DNA of 63,738 nucleotides, the filler included, from Octopus bimaculoides (taxonomy: Eukaryota): the NCBI RefSeq assembly GCF_001194135.2. It is 5 parts of 5 records of this genome, joined end to end, with 100 filler letters (N's around TTAATTAATTAA, not from the genome) between each part and the next. Parts side by side here need not be neighbours in the genome. Positions count along the whole stretch, not along the records: positions 1 to 19,850 come from NC_068981.1; positions 19,951 to 43,296 come from NC_068987.1; 3 more parts are not named here. The stretch is one strand, 5' to 3'. The first letter of the stretch is position 1; each line of letters begins with the position of its first letter. Shown one piece after another: positions 12,225 to 23,919 of this stretch. The position numbers and the translations under genes were made by a program. Below the pieces are notes generated by a model, which worked only from the letters and a program-made list of their open reading frames with translations, searched no databases and was not told the DNA's origin.

Positions 12225-12680
12225 GCCCAAATTCCCTACTTACGTCATTTGAGAAAATGTGGATAGTATGTACAAAACTTTCAAGCTGTTTCTCATTTTT
12301 CTCAAAAACCATTATATCATCTATGAAAAGGCGATGATTTATCGGACCATTTCTTTTTTTCCAAAATCGTAAGTTAATTTAAATTTTCATAGTATTTTAG
12401 TGAGCGGCGTCATGGCTAATGCAAATAATAATAGAGATAAGCTATCACCTTGGAATTTTCCACGTCTGATATTCACTTTTCCGACTCCTTGTTTTATTCC
12501 AATCAATTCAGTATTCCAATGTTTCATACAATCATTAAGCATTTTCTCCATGGCTTTTCATATTCCAAACATGATCATTGTTTTATTTATCCAGCTGTGC
12601 GGTTCCATGTCGTATGCCATTCTATAATCTTGCCATGTTACATTCATTCCTGTTAATCTGCGTCTATAATTTTTAATTGT
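12225..12680 (-). mobile_element. R4/Dong-clade RT fragment
   Basis: WQDYRMAYDMEPHSWI; VNIRRGKFQGDSLSLLLFALAMTPLT. Confidence 0.85.
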
Positions 12681-12688
12681 CTTTTTAT

Positions 12689-12846
12689 CAGGAGTGGCTG
12701 CGTGATAACTAGCTTGCTTACCAACCACATGGTTCCGGGTTCAGTCCCACTGCGTGGCACGTTGCGTAAGTGTCTGCTACTATAGCCTCGGGCCGACAAG
12801 GATTTTGTGAGTGGATTTGGTAGACGGAAACTGAAAGAAGCCCATC

Positions 12847-12882
<36 letters not shown>

Positions 12883-13200
12883 NNNNNNNNNNNNNNNNNN
12901 NNNNNNNNNNNNNNNNNNNNNNNNNNNNNNNNNNNNNNNNNNNNNNNNNNNNNNNNNNNNNNNNNNNNNNTGTGTGTGTGTGTGTGTGTGTGTGTGTTTC
13001 TGTGTTTGTCCCCCAATATCAATTGACAACCGATGTTCGTGTGTCTACGTCCCCGTCACTTAGCGGTTCGGCAAGAGAGACCGATAAGTACTAAGCTTAC
13101 AAAGAATAAGTCCAAGGGTTGATTTGCTCGACTAAAGGCGGTGATCCAGCATGGCAGCAGTCAATTTCCTGAAACAATTAAAATAAGAATAAAAGAATAA
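12689..13200 (+). mobile_element. SINE family A, near full length (gap in internal microsatellite)
   Basis: Aligns end to end with 61106-61560. Confidence 0.92.
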
Positions 13201-13224
13201 TAAGTGATCTTCTGTTGCTCTACT

Positions 13225-13690
13225 TTATTCCCTGCATCCTTTCTGTTTCTGGAAGAAGATTGATACTTTCGAGATGGTTTTATAACTCTTCTACCAAGAC
13301 ACCGGTCCTAAGCTTTCACATTAATGGTAGACAGGTTATAGGTCGAACATTTAATGCCATGTTCCCTTTGTATGCATCCTTGAAGCGTAACAGCCTTCGT
13401 TCACTTGTCATCCAGGCAGGAACTTGGCTTTGCTGCAGGCAGTTTTGTACCTGGATAATGACCGTGCCCATTTTGTCACGTATTGGAATATTTACCGTAC
13501 GAAAGGTATTTACACGTCAAGAACGCTTTTGTCATGGTTTATATTTGATATTACACTCATAAAGTGGGTTGTGTTGCTGAGGTATCACACCCACTAGTAT
13601 TTTTATCAAGACATCATCTCTAGGGGGCTGCAACCAAAGGTCAACATGATACAGTCCTCTTCACCATGTACACTGCACCTTCAATAAAAT
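13225..13690 (-). mobile_element. R4/Dong-clade RT N-terminal fragment
   Basis: NVRPITCLPLM*KLRTGVLVEEL*NHLESINLLPE, homologous to NFRPITCPPLMWKLM at ~42790. Confidence 0.75.
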
Positions 13691-13989
13691 ATGTGTGTGA
13701 GTTTCTACATGGTGTGTGTGTGTATGTGTGTGTGTGTGTGTACTATTGCTGGCCGGTTTTGACTAGACCCTAATATGTTGGTATTTATAAAAACTAATAT
13801 CGTTTCTCGTCAAATTTTACATCAGGCTGTATTTTTTGGATGCTTCTATTCTACACACTTTGGTATATAAAATGTTGCCAGCGTTGTTATTTTAATTTTT
13901 ACTTAGACATAATACATTTCGCTAAACTATAAGCATATATACCTTGTTTCATTTCATTCATTATTATCATATCTAACCCCTTTAACATT

Positions 13990-14190
13990 AAAGGCAATGA
14001 ATCGGTAGAATCTTAAAGGAAGAATTGCTAGATAAAAGTGTTCGATCATTGTATATTGAGTCCATATTCTGCCGCCGTCACATTTGCCTTTCATCCCTGG
14101 AAGTGCAATAGAAATTCAGCACTTAAGTAATTAGGAAGATGTTGCAGAATAATTACCTCAGAATTCCGGTCTAAAAGTTAGAACCATAAT
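13990..14190 (+). mobile_element. Highly degenerate SINE family D
   Basis: atttgcctttcatccc and head-like aaggcaatgaatcggtagaatc resemble the 35358 and 41186 copies. Confidence 0.35.
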
Positions 14191-15904
14191 TATAATTTGT
14201 GATTATTATCTTTGTATTCACTAATCTAAACTATTACACATATTCTAATTAAATTAAGTTTTCCACTTCAAACGTCTTCATCAAACATTGCAAATAAAAT
14301 CTCGTTGAGATTTTTATGAGAGTATCGTATCATGCTCCTTTAACTGGTAAATATATAATGGTGGAACCTAAGCAAACCTGGATTTCCTTATCTCTTTCTT
14401 AACGAAGAGCTACTCCACTAAATATAACACATTTTACAATTACACATATCACATCATTGTTTCTGCTATATTTTGGTCTTGCACATGAAATAGCTGCATA
14501 TTTAAGAAGGTCGCTCTAGCATAACAAGGACCTGTGCTCTATCCTTTTTTTTTATTATGAAGTATATGCATATTCTATATATACGGATCTACGCATATGT
14601 TATGAGTGAAACTGGTTTGACACAAACTTTGTAGAAATCCACAGAGTTGTCTCTACTGGTTATCTAAGTGGTACAGCCTTGTCTTTACGTGTGTCAGGCA
14701 GTCTTACGTCAATTTTTGCAATACTCGGTCACTCACATGTTTATTCCTGTACAGGTAATTCACTTGCCCGAAAAATTGATTTCTCTTCCTCGAAAAAAAG
14801 GTCAATAACAACATCAGGTTACAAACTTTACCTAGATTCAAACAGATCTACTAACGTGCATCATTCATTTCAGATTACATCTGGAATTTTTAGTATTTTC
14901 TTAATTTAATCGTCTCCATTTACAATCAACATTAAAGCTAATGATGCAGTTTGCAAGAAACGTGATATGCTTGAATAACTTTCAATAATTATAGCTTTAA
15001 TATAACTATTAATGCTACAACCATCCCACAATCTTGGAATTTTTTCAGTACAATTTATTGTTAATATACTGACTTACCCTAGAATGTGCCGCACGCAAAA
15101 CATTCAGTTAAGTGAATGATGGTCATGACCTTCACATTTTGTATTCATGTGTTATATTAGTTTCATTTATCGAGTTTAATAAGGATATGCACGCGTGTGG
15201 TGTGAAATGAGAATGAAATAACTCGTGGCGATATATTCATATTAATCTGGTAATTTGATGAAATTAATTCTGGAAATGTATGCATGAATTACGTTGCCGT
15301 TTGAACGGAATATTGTCTGTAGGGTATCAGAATATTTACTTAATTATCGGGGTATTAAGTTCGAACTACAAACGAAAACATACGATATGAATTCAATTAT
15401 CATCTGAAATAACTGACGTTTAAATATACTTTTCTACTCTCTTAAATGATCGTAATTCAAAATTCTTCCAAGACCTTCACCTGTTGCAGGCTACTGGAAT
15501 TTCCAAACGATAATTTCATGAAATGCCCATACATTTGCATACGAGCACTTTAACATGCGTATGGCACGTAAGCAAACATTCACTCAGTCCCATCCCGTGT
15601 GTAAACAAACACACACGCACGCACACGCACCACCCACCCACCCCCACACACGAATGTATATTTATACACGAGAGTATCGAACATTGAGAATGTGAACTCA
15701 TCACCGCATTTGGTTAATAAATATACTTTATTTGCGGATTAAGTTGGCAACAAAATGTTCACGTGGAATAACTCCCCACATGAGAACGTTGGTCAACTTT
15801 TCCATCTAAAATGAGAATAAGTAAATTTTCTAAATTCACTTATGAGAACTGCAGATCGTCAATACAATCCATAGATCAAGAGAAGTGCGAGGGATAAATG
15901 CAAG

Positions 15905-17148
15905 ACGTGTGCGAGGGATATTTGAGGACGTTTCGTTTTTAGTTCATTACACCTTCAAATTATTTAATGTATCATTATTTTTCTTTCAGATAACCACTTC
16001 ACGATATGCTAACTCAAGAAATGAAAAGACATACCGTCATATTTGCTACACATGCAAACTACAGTGATTTAGAAATTAACAATTTCAGTTTTCTAAATGC
16101 TGCAACATCATTTGTTCGGATGGAATCGGAAGCATGTGATTGTAATGTTTCACCTTATCAAAGAGAAAAGAACATTCACAACGTTTAGTCACTAAAAGGA
16201 CACTGGAATTTATACATGTTCAAAACATTAACAATGAAAACCCTAGAAGGTCAATGAGGTGCAATGCTAAAGAACTTCAGGTGTCAGAGTGGGCTATCAG
16301 AACTGTGGTACATCGAAACATTCGATACAAGTCCTATGTAATAAGAAAGGGCCAATTCGTGTCTACAAAAACGCAGGAAAACCGTTTCACCCGTTGAAAA
16401 GGGTTACTTAAAGTGAAAAACCGTCGTGAACAAGGCATGCTTTGGTTTTTTCTGTACTGGAAAACGAAACGCTGACCAGGATCAAAAGTCTAACCGAAGA
16501 AATTACATGTGGTTGCGTGCAGATCCTTCTGAAATACCCACAATGATGCGCACGAAATTTCCAGCAACTGTAATGGTTGCAGGAGAGGTGAGTAGTGAAG
16601 GACATGTGATGCAGCCCCACTTTTTTCCACAGCATCTTAGAATTAAAGCTACCGGATACATTGATGTACTGGAAACTGTTATCAAGCCGTTCGATTGATG
16701 AAGTATGCAATGGAAGGCCATATGTGAATCAACAAGACTGAGAGCCTCCTCAGAAAGCCTTAGTCACTCAAGAGTTTTTGTCAGACAATATTTACGATTA
16801 TGCAACACCCAATATGTGGCCTCCAAACTTGCCAGATTGGAACCCCATGGACAATGTGTGGAGCGTTGTTGAAAGGGAGACTAAATGTCATCTTCATAAT
16901 ACCATAGCTTGACTAAAGGCTGTCATTGTTCAAAACGAATAAGGACCATAGAATGTCAACGTGCGAGCGACTTTAATCCTGCAGTAAAGCAGTCATCGAC
17001 GCCAAAGTTGGTTTCATAGAATAACTTGCTTACAAAATCATTATCAAGACTAATGGCACAGCTGTTTATTCAAATATATATTCATGCTGAAATACAATTG
17101 TTTTATTTGTATACCAAAGTTATCCTCAAATACCTCTCTCACCCTGTA
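15905..17148 (+). mobile_element. Tc1/mariner DD37D (maT/Bmmar1-like) transposon, decayed but near full length
   Basis: RTKFPATVMV.G.VSSEGHVM.PHFFP; second and third catalytic Asp codons at 16736 and 16850 are separated by exactly 37 codons (D*EPP...WPPNLPDWNPMD); imperfect TIRs share TATTTGAGGA (left ~15905-15935, right ~17115-17148 ending caccctgta). Confidence 0.88.
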
Positions 17149-17229
17149 TATATATGAGTAATTCATATAGTATACCTATCTATATAGTTAATAATTCTAG
17201 CATTAGTTTGGGTGGATAGATGTCTCTAA

Positions 17230-17708
17230 TGCATACTGAGCATATAATCGACAGGTTCAATAGGTGATAAGGTGGATGAGAGCGTTATTCAACAAACTTT
17301 GAAGTTTGAATTTGTTTTGTGCATGAAAAGGAAGACGTTGTTTACAATATTGTTCAAAATACTCGATGTTGAAATTTGATATTTAATTTCCCAGTGATAC
17401 ATAAGTTGAAATTGCTTCCCCAATCCTCTATAATTATTGGTCTTATCTATGGTACTCCAATTTATAAAGGTTTTCTCACGCGCTTCTCTTTAAGTGTTCC
17501 ATACTAAATTGGATGAAGGTATTTCTGATCTTTTGTTCTTGTCATTAAGCGTACTTGTGCGCTTTATTGAAGGTATTTTCATAATTCCTATGTAGATTTG
17601 CACAGCCCAAGTCATATCATTGATGGAAGTCCTGTACGTTTCACATTGTTCAAGGGATACATTTTGGGGGATCAAGTAGTCATTTACCCTACATACTGCT
17701 ATATACAT
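17230..17708 (-). mobile_element. Penelope-like element GIY-YIG endonuclease relic
   Basis: YLIPQNVSLEQC (CxC...CP..C relic), YRTSI...IYIG, NDKNKRSEIPSSNLVWN, then WSTIDKTNNYRGLGK and KYQISTS across frameshifts. Confidence 0.7.
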
Positions 17709-18667
17709 TTAATTCAAGAAACGTACACACATGTAGAACCCCAAAAGTGTCACTAAAATGTAAGCCTAAAACTCAACGAACTTTTTCATTTTTCTTTTGC
17801 CTTTATCTTTTCCTTTCCTTTCCCTTTGTCTCCTATTTATATTCCTCTAAATCATTCTGACGATGTTTGATAAATGGAACGAGATAAATGCAAATTTGCT
17901 TCGATCTGATAAACAGAAACAGCTGTAAAAGATTCTGAACCACAATTAAACTAAGACATTTTTATGCCAATGATCAACTTCTCATCGTTAATTATTGCTC
18001 CATTTATTTTATTTTATTTTCACCCTCTCTCTATATATGTATATATGTATGAATATGTGTGCTGTTACGAAAAATAAATTATCTGAATACAATTCCTTAT
18101 GCTCACGTGACTTTTTGAAATATGCAGGACAGTTTTTACGCTCTTTTACCGTGTGGAAGGACTATAGATAGTAGTGGTTGAACACATGGAAAGCAGTCTG
18201 TGGTGGGAACCAATATGTTACGGTGGCCGTGCGTGAGTTGGCGTCAATGGTTGATATGAACGGTAGACGACGTATCAGATGGATGGTTCGAAGTGAGTGC
18301 CGGCATTTGAGGTGACTGGTTTATGTGAATAGTTGACGTCTTTGCTGTGAGGTGGATGAAAGAACGCGAAGTGTGGGGTTGGCTGCGCAAATAGTCAGTG
18401 TGAACTTGGAAAAGTAAACAAATAGTGGGTGTGGAGTTGGCTACGAAGACATTCCGGGTTAAGATTCGATGCGACCAGTAAAAGTGAACCTGAGCGGTGT
18501 AGAACCAAATTACACAATATCCAGCCAGGTAAGTCTATTTCATTCACTCTAAACAAGTTGGCAAGCTGGGCTGGCTTCAGGTTTTCCTAGCTGCTGGCTA
18601 GAATATGGGAGATATGTTGGTGATGTGAAGAGACCGCAGATCGCATGCCCGGCATTCGGTATGATAA

Positions 18668-18816
18668 ATCGCTAGCCGCTAAAACATTTTTTTTCTCTCT
18701 CTGTTTATTTCAGTGTTCCTTTCTGTCGAAGAGCGTAGGCTCGAAACGTAAAAGACTTTCTCACTTCCCCAGCGTGAAACTAATGTATCTGTTTGTTGTT
18801 TACACACCCGTCTTCG
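18668..18816 (+). repeat. Repeat H2 with minimal type I hammerhead fold (18719-18754)
   Basis: CTTT-CTGTCGA-A-GAGC-gtag-GCTC-GAAAC-GTA-AAAG; homologous to 59321-59520 and 53031-53135. Confidence 0.75.
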
Positions 18817-19122
18817 NNNNNNNNNNNNNNNNNNNNNNNNNNNNNNNNNNNNNNNNNNNNNNNNNNNNNNNNNNNNNNNNNNNNNNNNNNNNNNNNNNNN
18901 NNNNNNNNNNNNNNNNNNNNNNNNNNNNNNNNNNNNNNNNNNNNNNNNNNNNNNNNNNNNNNNNNNNNNNNNNNNNNNNNNNNNNNNNNNNNNNNNNNNN
19001 NNNNNNNNNNNNNNNNNNNNNNNNNNNNNNNNNNNNNNNNNNNNNNNNNNNNNNNNNNNNNNNNNNNNNNNNNNNNNNNNNNNNNNNNNNNNNNNNNNNN
19101 NNNNNNNNNNNNTATATATATA

Positions 19123-19395
19123 TGGGTTAGCGATTAGAGTGTTGCACTCTCGATTGCAAGATCGTGGTTTAGATTCCCAGACCGGTCGTTGCATTGTGTT
19201 CTTCAGCAAAGCAATTCATTCCACGTTGATCTACGGTCATTCGACATCTGACATGTGGCACCCATTTGCACCTGTACAGTGTAATGTTGATTTGTGGAGG
19301 GAGTGAGCTTATGTCTACACAAACATTTAATCACTATAATCAAGTCACCTGTGTGTGTGTTCGATAAAAAGCTGTCGAACACTCATACGTCGTGT
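19123..19395 (+). mobile_element. SINE family C (different tRNA-like head)
   Basis: ggttagcgattagagtgttgcactctcgattgcaagatcgtggtttagattcccagacc (box-B-like), then gcattgtgttcttcagcaaagc typical of SINE central domains. Confidence 0.6.
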
Positions 19396-19850
19396 AATGG
19401 TGGTGAGTGGATGTGTGGTAATTAGCTTGCTTACAAATCACATATGTCTGAGTGGTGTGTGTATGGTAGTTGTGATGGCAATAATGGTCCTACTGGTGAT
19501 GGTGATGCTTGAAAACAATCAACAGAAAGAGAGCGTGAGAGAGAACGAAATAGTCTAGACAGAAGCAAATTGTACTGACCCCTGAATGGGAAGACAAAAT
19601 AATGTTGCTTATGTAGGTTTGCATTAAGTTCGAAGTCGAAAAATTATATCATTGTGTTGCGGAAAATTCGTCAATGATTGAAAAATATTGATCAAATTTT
19701 ATAAAATTTGATATGTACGTAACGTATTAAGTGTTATTGTTGGGCTCAAGGCCACATGTAGAGCACTCCGGAGAGGCTAGCCGAAAAGCTAGTCTACACG
19801 CACACACACGCACACACACACACACACACTCACACATATATACATATACG

Positions 19851-19950
19851 NNNNNNNNNNNNNNNNNNNNNNNNNNNNNNNNNNNNNNNNNNNNTTAATT
19901 AATTAANNNNNNNNNNNNNNNNNNNNNNNNNNNNNNNNNNNNNNNNNNNN
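19851..19950. other. Artificial scaffolding linker 44N-TTAATTAATTAA-44N
   Basis: Identical 100-nt construct at 19851, 43297, 56470 and 62270; the 12-mer has stops in all six frames. Confidence 0.93.
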
Positions 19951-20964
19951 TATATATATATATATATATATATTATGTATGTAAGTATATATGTTATATA
20001 TGTATATGTATATATGCATGTGTGTATGTATATGTGTGTGTGTGAGTGTATGTGTATGTATATGTGTCATATATATTATTGTGTCCATATCGGAGAGAAA
20101 TTGTTAATAAATCGGTGTGTTGAAGAAAAACATTGGTTGTGATAGTTGTTATATAGTGATATCGTTATATTTCTCGTCACCGTAAAATGCAGTGGAGCAT
20201 TGATTGGCCTGTTGGAAACCTATAAATAGGGATCTTATTTTTCACAGTGGCAAGATATAAAATGGAATAATTTCTTGTTTTTCATTTTCATTTTCTTCTG
20301 CGCCACATACAATAGGGTATACCGATAGTAAAGATAAATTCGAGTCTTTTACTTCACTTACCCTTTGAGAAAGCCATAAATATTATGCAATGCTATATTA
20401 CATCTACTAAAACCTGAGATTTTGCATCTAAGAAATCTATAAAATATTTCATACACTGAAAAGAATGACCTAAGGATATTTACTCAAAGAAAAATCATAT
20501 TCAACTTTAAGCATTTGCTTTTAATATAATATTTTTTCAAGCGCAATCACGAAGCATTGAGTTTAAGGTTTACGAAATCTTCATTTTATCTTTTGCTAGT
20601 TTTCCTTCACTTGCGAATTCCTGATTATGTAACAATGTTTATGTATCAAGATGCTCGAAAGATATGCGAGCTTCTGGCCAAAATCTTAGCGGTCCGGATT
20701 CGTTTCTGTTCGCCAGCAGTGTTCTATGTCCACGATGAAGTCTGCTTAATTTGAATGTGTATTATGTCAACGTTTCTGTAAATGTCACTAGTTGTAGTAA
20801 AGTCTGCTACTTGAAGGCAATGAAGATCATCGTTTCGTTAACTTATATCAATCTAAACTCAATCACTCTAAGATAAGGCAAGTAAGAAAAAAAGCCGGAA
20901 ACCACTCCATTATATTTTTCTCCATGCATCACAGCTCATATCTCACTGTTTCCCTTCCTCCTCC

Positions 20965-20965
<1 letters not shown>

Positions 20966-21043
<78 letters not shown>
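20966..21043. repeat. (CTAT)n microsatellite
   Basis: Direct reading. Confidence 0.98.
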
Positions 21044-21044
<1 letters not shown>

Positions 21045-21332
21045 ATTCGTCCTTAGTCGAAAGGCACCTATTGTTATGTCCTGTTATTTGTATTTGTGTA
21101 ATATTTTCCGTATTTTTTTCCGTCCTTGTTTTCGTAAACATTCGTCGCTTTCTTCCAAGGAATCTAATACACTTAGCGTAGTTTTTCCTTGGGGCTGGCC
21201 AGATTGGAGCAATCTCGAGTATAACCAGCCGAAATTGCACAGATAATCTGGAACTCGAGTGAGGAAAGAAAACTCCGAATGACCCGTCCTTGTTTTCTTT
21301 GTATCGTCTATCTGGATGTTTTGCGTCTTTGT
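21044..21332 (+). repeat. Unclassified interspersed repeat R5 (T-rich, ends toward a microsatellite/gap)
   Basis: Homologous to 47601-47985; its 3' ~90 nt recur inverted at 21585-21673. Confidence 0.8.
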
Positions 21333-21565
21333 NNNNNNNNNNNNNNNNNNNNNNNNNNNNNNNNNNNNNNNNNNNNNNNNNNNNNNNNNNNNNNNNNNNN
21401 NNNNNNNNNNNNNNNNNNNNNNNNNNNNNNNNNNNNNNNNNNNNNNNNNNNNNNNNNNNNNNNNNNNNNNNNNNNNNNNNNNNNNNNNNNNNNNNNNNNN
21501 NNNNNNNNNNNNNNNNNNNNNNNNNNNNNNNNNNNNNNNNNNNNNNNNNNNNNNNNNNNNNNNNN

Positions 21566-21673
21566 GTGTAAAATACAAAATGGGCAAAGACGCAAAACAT
21601 CCAGATAGACGATACCCAGAAAACAAGGACGGGTCATTCGGAGTTTTCTTTCCTCACTCGAGTTCCAGATTAT
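21566..21673 (-). repeat. Inverted partial copy of repeat R5
   Basis: Reverse complement of 21243-21331 with two mismatches seen. Confidence 0.85.
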
Positions 21674-22274
21674 TTCCTCCATTCTCTGCATTCCGCCATC
21701 TTAGACCGGTGAGCTAGGATTCTGCAACAAGCCTACGAAACAAAGCTGTATGGAGCCGAATTAAACTGTTTTAACTCTATGTAACTCCTACTAAATGTGT
21801 TGCGCGCATCTTTCATTTGTCCGTTCACTCATGCTCAGTTGATTAGCTCAGTTGAAAATTTGTTATCAAGTGCTCCAAATTACAAACTGCCACAGAATCA
21901 CAGAAAACATAAAAGTATGTAAAATATACAGCATACGTAGTCATATCTGAAAGAAGAAAATATGAGCAATTATACTAGAGAGCAGCTGTTGTACAGCGGT
22001 AAACTTCGATTTTCATTGTAACTTCTCCCATTGTTGGTATTTATTCTAATGTCTCAGTAAAAGAAACTTTGCACAAACATTTACATTTACAAGTGGATAA
22101 AATGAAATAACATCTGTAGAATTTTGGAAACAATTTAATCTTAAATAACACCATTGAAAATATTCGCAAATAGAAAAAAATATCAGGTAACATCGAATCT
22201 TTTTGTCTAAATATCTTGGTGTTTCTTCCACAAGGAACTAGTACCGATTTCTTTCATTATTGTGGAAATAGTTA

Positions 22275-22400
22275 ACATTGTGTGGTAAGAAACTTGCTTC
22301 CCAACCACATGGTTCCGAGTTCAGTCCCATTCTGTGGCACCTTGAGAAAGTGCCTTCTACCATAGCCTTTTGATAGACGGAAATTGAAAGAAGCACGTCG

Positions 22401-22432
<32 letters not shown>

Positions 22433-22671
22433 CATACATACATACATACATATATNNNNNNNNNNATACATACATACATACATATATATATGTATATATG
22501 TATGCATGTATGTATGTATGTATGTATGTATGCATGTATGTATGAATATATTCATGTGTGTGTCTTTGTGCCTGTTTGTCCTGCCAGCACCGCTTGACAA
22601 CCGGTGTTGGTGTGTTTACGTTCCCGTAATTTAGCGGTCGGCAAAAGAGCTTGATATGATAAGTACTAGGC
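22275..22671 (+). mobile_element. SINE family A, diverged copy
   Basis: Head, internal (TA)/(TACA)n and 3' half align to family A. Confidence 0.85.
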
Positions 22672-23051
22672 AAGTCTATCACCTCATTGATTCCTTGTTA
22701 CACACAAATGAGTAAATGAGCAACCACAGTTCCTCTAAATTTACTTTATGAGTGGTTTAGGACAACAAACCCGAAGGAGGTGTCAACAGTTCAGATGACG
22801 GGTCGAGTTAGACACAGCGCCGATTGCTGCAAAAGAGAGCATATCCACTGACAGCTTCTCGGTGCGTTCAAAAATCACATAACCCCCATAGGTTAGGGCC
22901 TAAAATACTCCAAACAGACGCATAACATGTTGCTTAGTCCAATTAGCCCATCATTTACTCCACAAATGTTTTGTTGTCAATGCTGCACTTTCCCATATCA
23001 CCTGTTTCAACATAACTGTAATATATTATATACAAGCTATGCCATTTTAAT

Positions 23052-23078
23052 CCCGAGCAACGCCGGGTGTCTCTGCTA

Positions 23079-23080
<2 letters not shown>
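23052..23080 (+). mobile_element. Helitron-like 3' terminus
   Basis: Hairpin CCCG-agcaacgc-CGGG, 8 nt spacer, then CTAG followed by T and (AT)n; the standard Helitron 3' signature. 5' end not identified. Confidence 0.6.
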
Positions 23081-23110
<30 letters not shown>

Positions 23111-23919
23111 NNNNNNNNNNNNNNNNNNNNNNNNNNNNNNNNNNNNNNNNNNNNNNNNNNNNNNNNNNNNNNNNNNNNNNNNNNNNNNNNNNNNNNNNNN
23201 NNNNNNNNNNNNNNNNNNNNNNNNNNNNNNNNNNNNNNNNNNNNNNNNNNNNNNNNNNNNNNNNNNNNNNNNNNNNNNNNNNNNNNNNNNNNNNNNNNNN
23301 NNNNNNNNNNNNNNNNNNNNNNNNNNNNNNNNNNNNNNNNNNNNNNNNNNNNNNNNNNNNNNNNNNNNNNNNNNNNNNNNNNNNNNNNNNNNNNNNNNNN
23401 NNNNNNNNNNNNNNNNNNNNNNNNNNNNNNNNNNNNNNNNNNNNNNNNNNNNNNNNNNNNNNNNNNNNNNNNNNNNNNNNNNNNNNNNNNNNNNNNNNNN
23501 NNNNNNNNNNNNNNNNNNNNNNNNNNNNNNNNNNNNNNNNNNNNNNNNNNNNNNNNNNNNNNNNNNNNNNNNNNNNNNNNNNNNNNNNNNNNNNNNNNNN
23601 NNNNNNNNNNNNNNNNNNNNNNNNNNNNNNNNNNNNNNNNNNNNNNNNNNNNNNNNNNNNNNNNNNNNNNNNNNNNNNNNNNNNNNNNNNNNNNNNNNNN
23701 NNNNNNNNNNNNNNNNNNNNNNNNNNNNNNNNNNNNNNNNNNNNNNNNNNNNNNNNNNNNNNNNNNNNNNNNNNNNNNNNNNNNNNNNNNNNNNNNNNNN
23801 NNNNNNNNNNNNNNNNNNNNNNNNNNNNNNNNNNNNNNNNNNNNNNNNNNNNNNNNNNNNNNNNNNNNNNNNNNNNNNNNNNNNNNNNNNNNNNNNNNNN
23901 NNNNNNNNNNNNNNNNNAA

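Noticed and set aside
19757-19798. CCGGAGA-GGC-ta-GCC-GAAAAGCTAGTC with flanking TGTAGA/TCTACA
   Set aside because: Core has three deviations, helix II loop is 2 nt and the candidate helix I is not adjacent to the core; too weak without paralogues.
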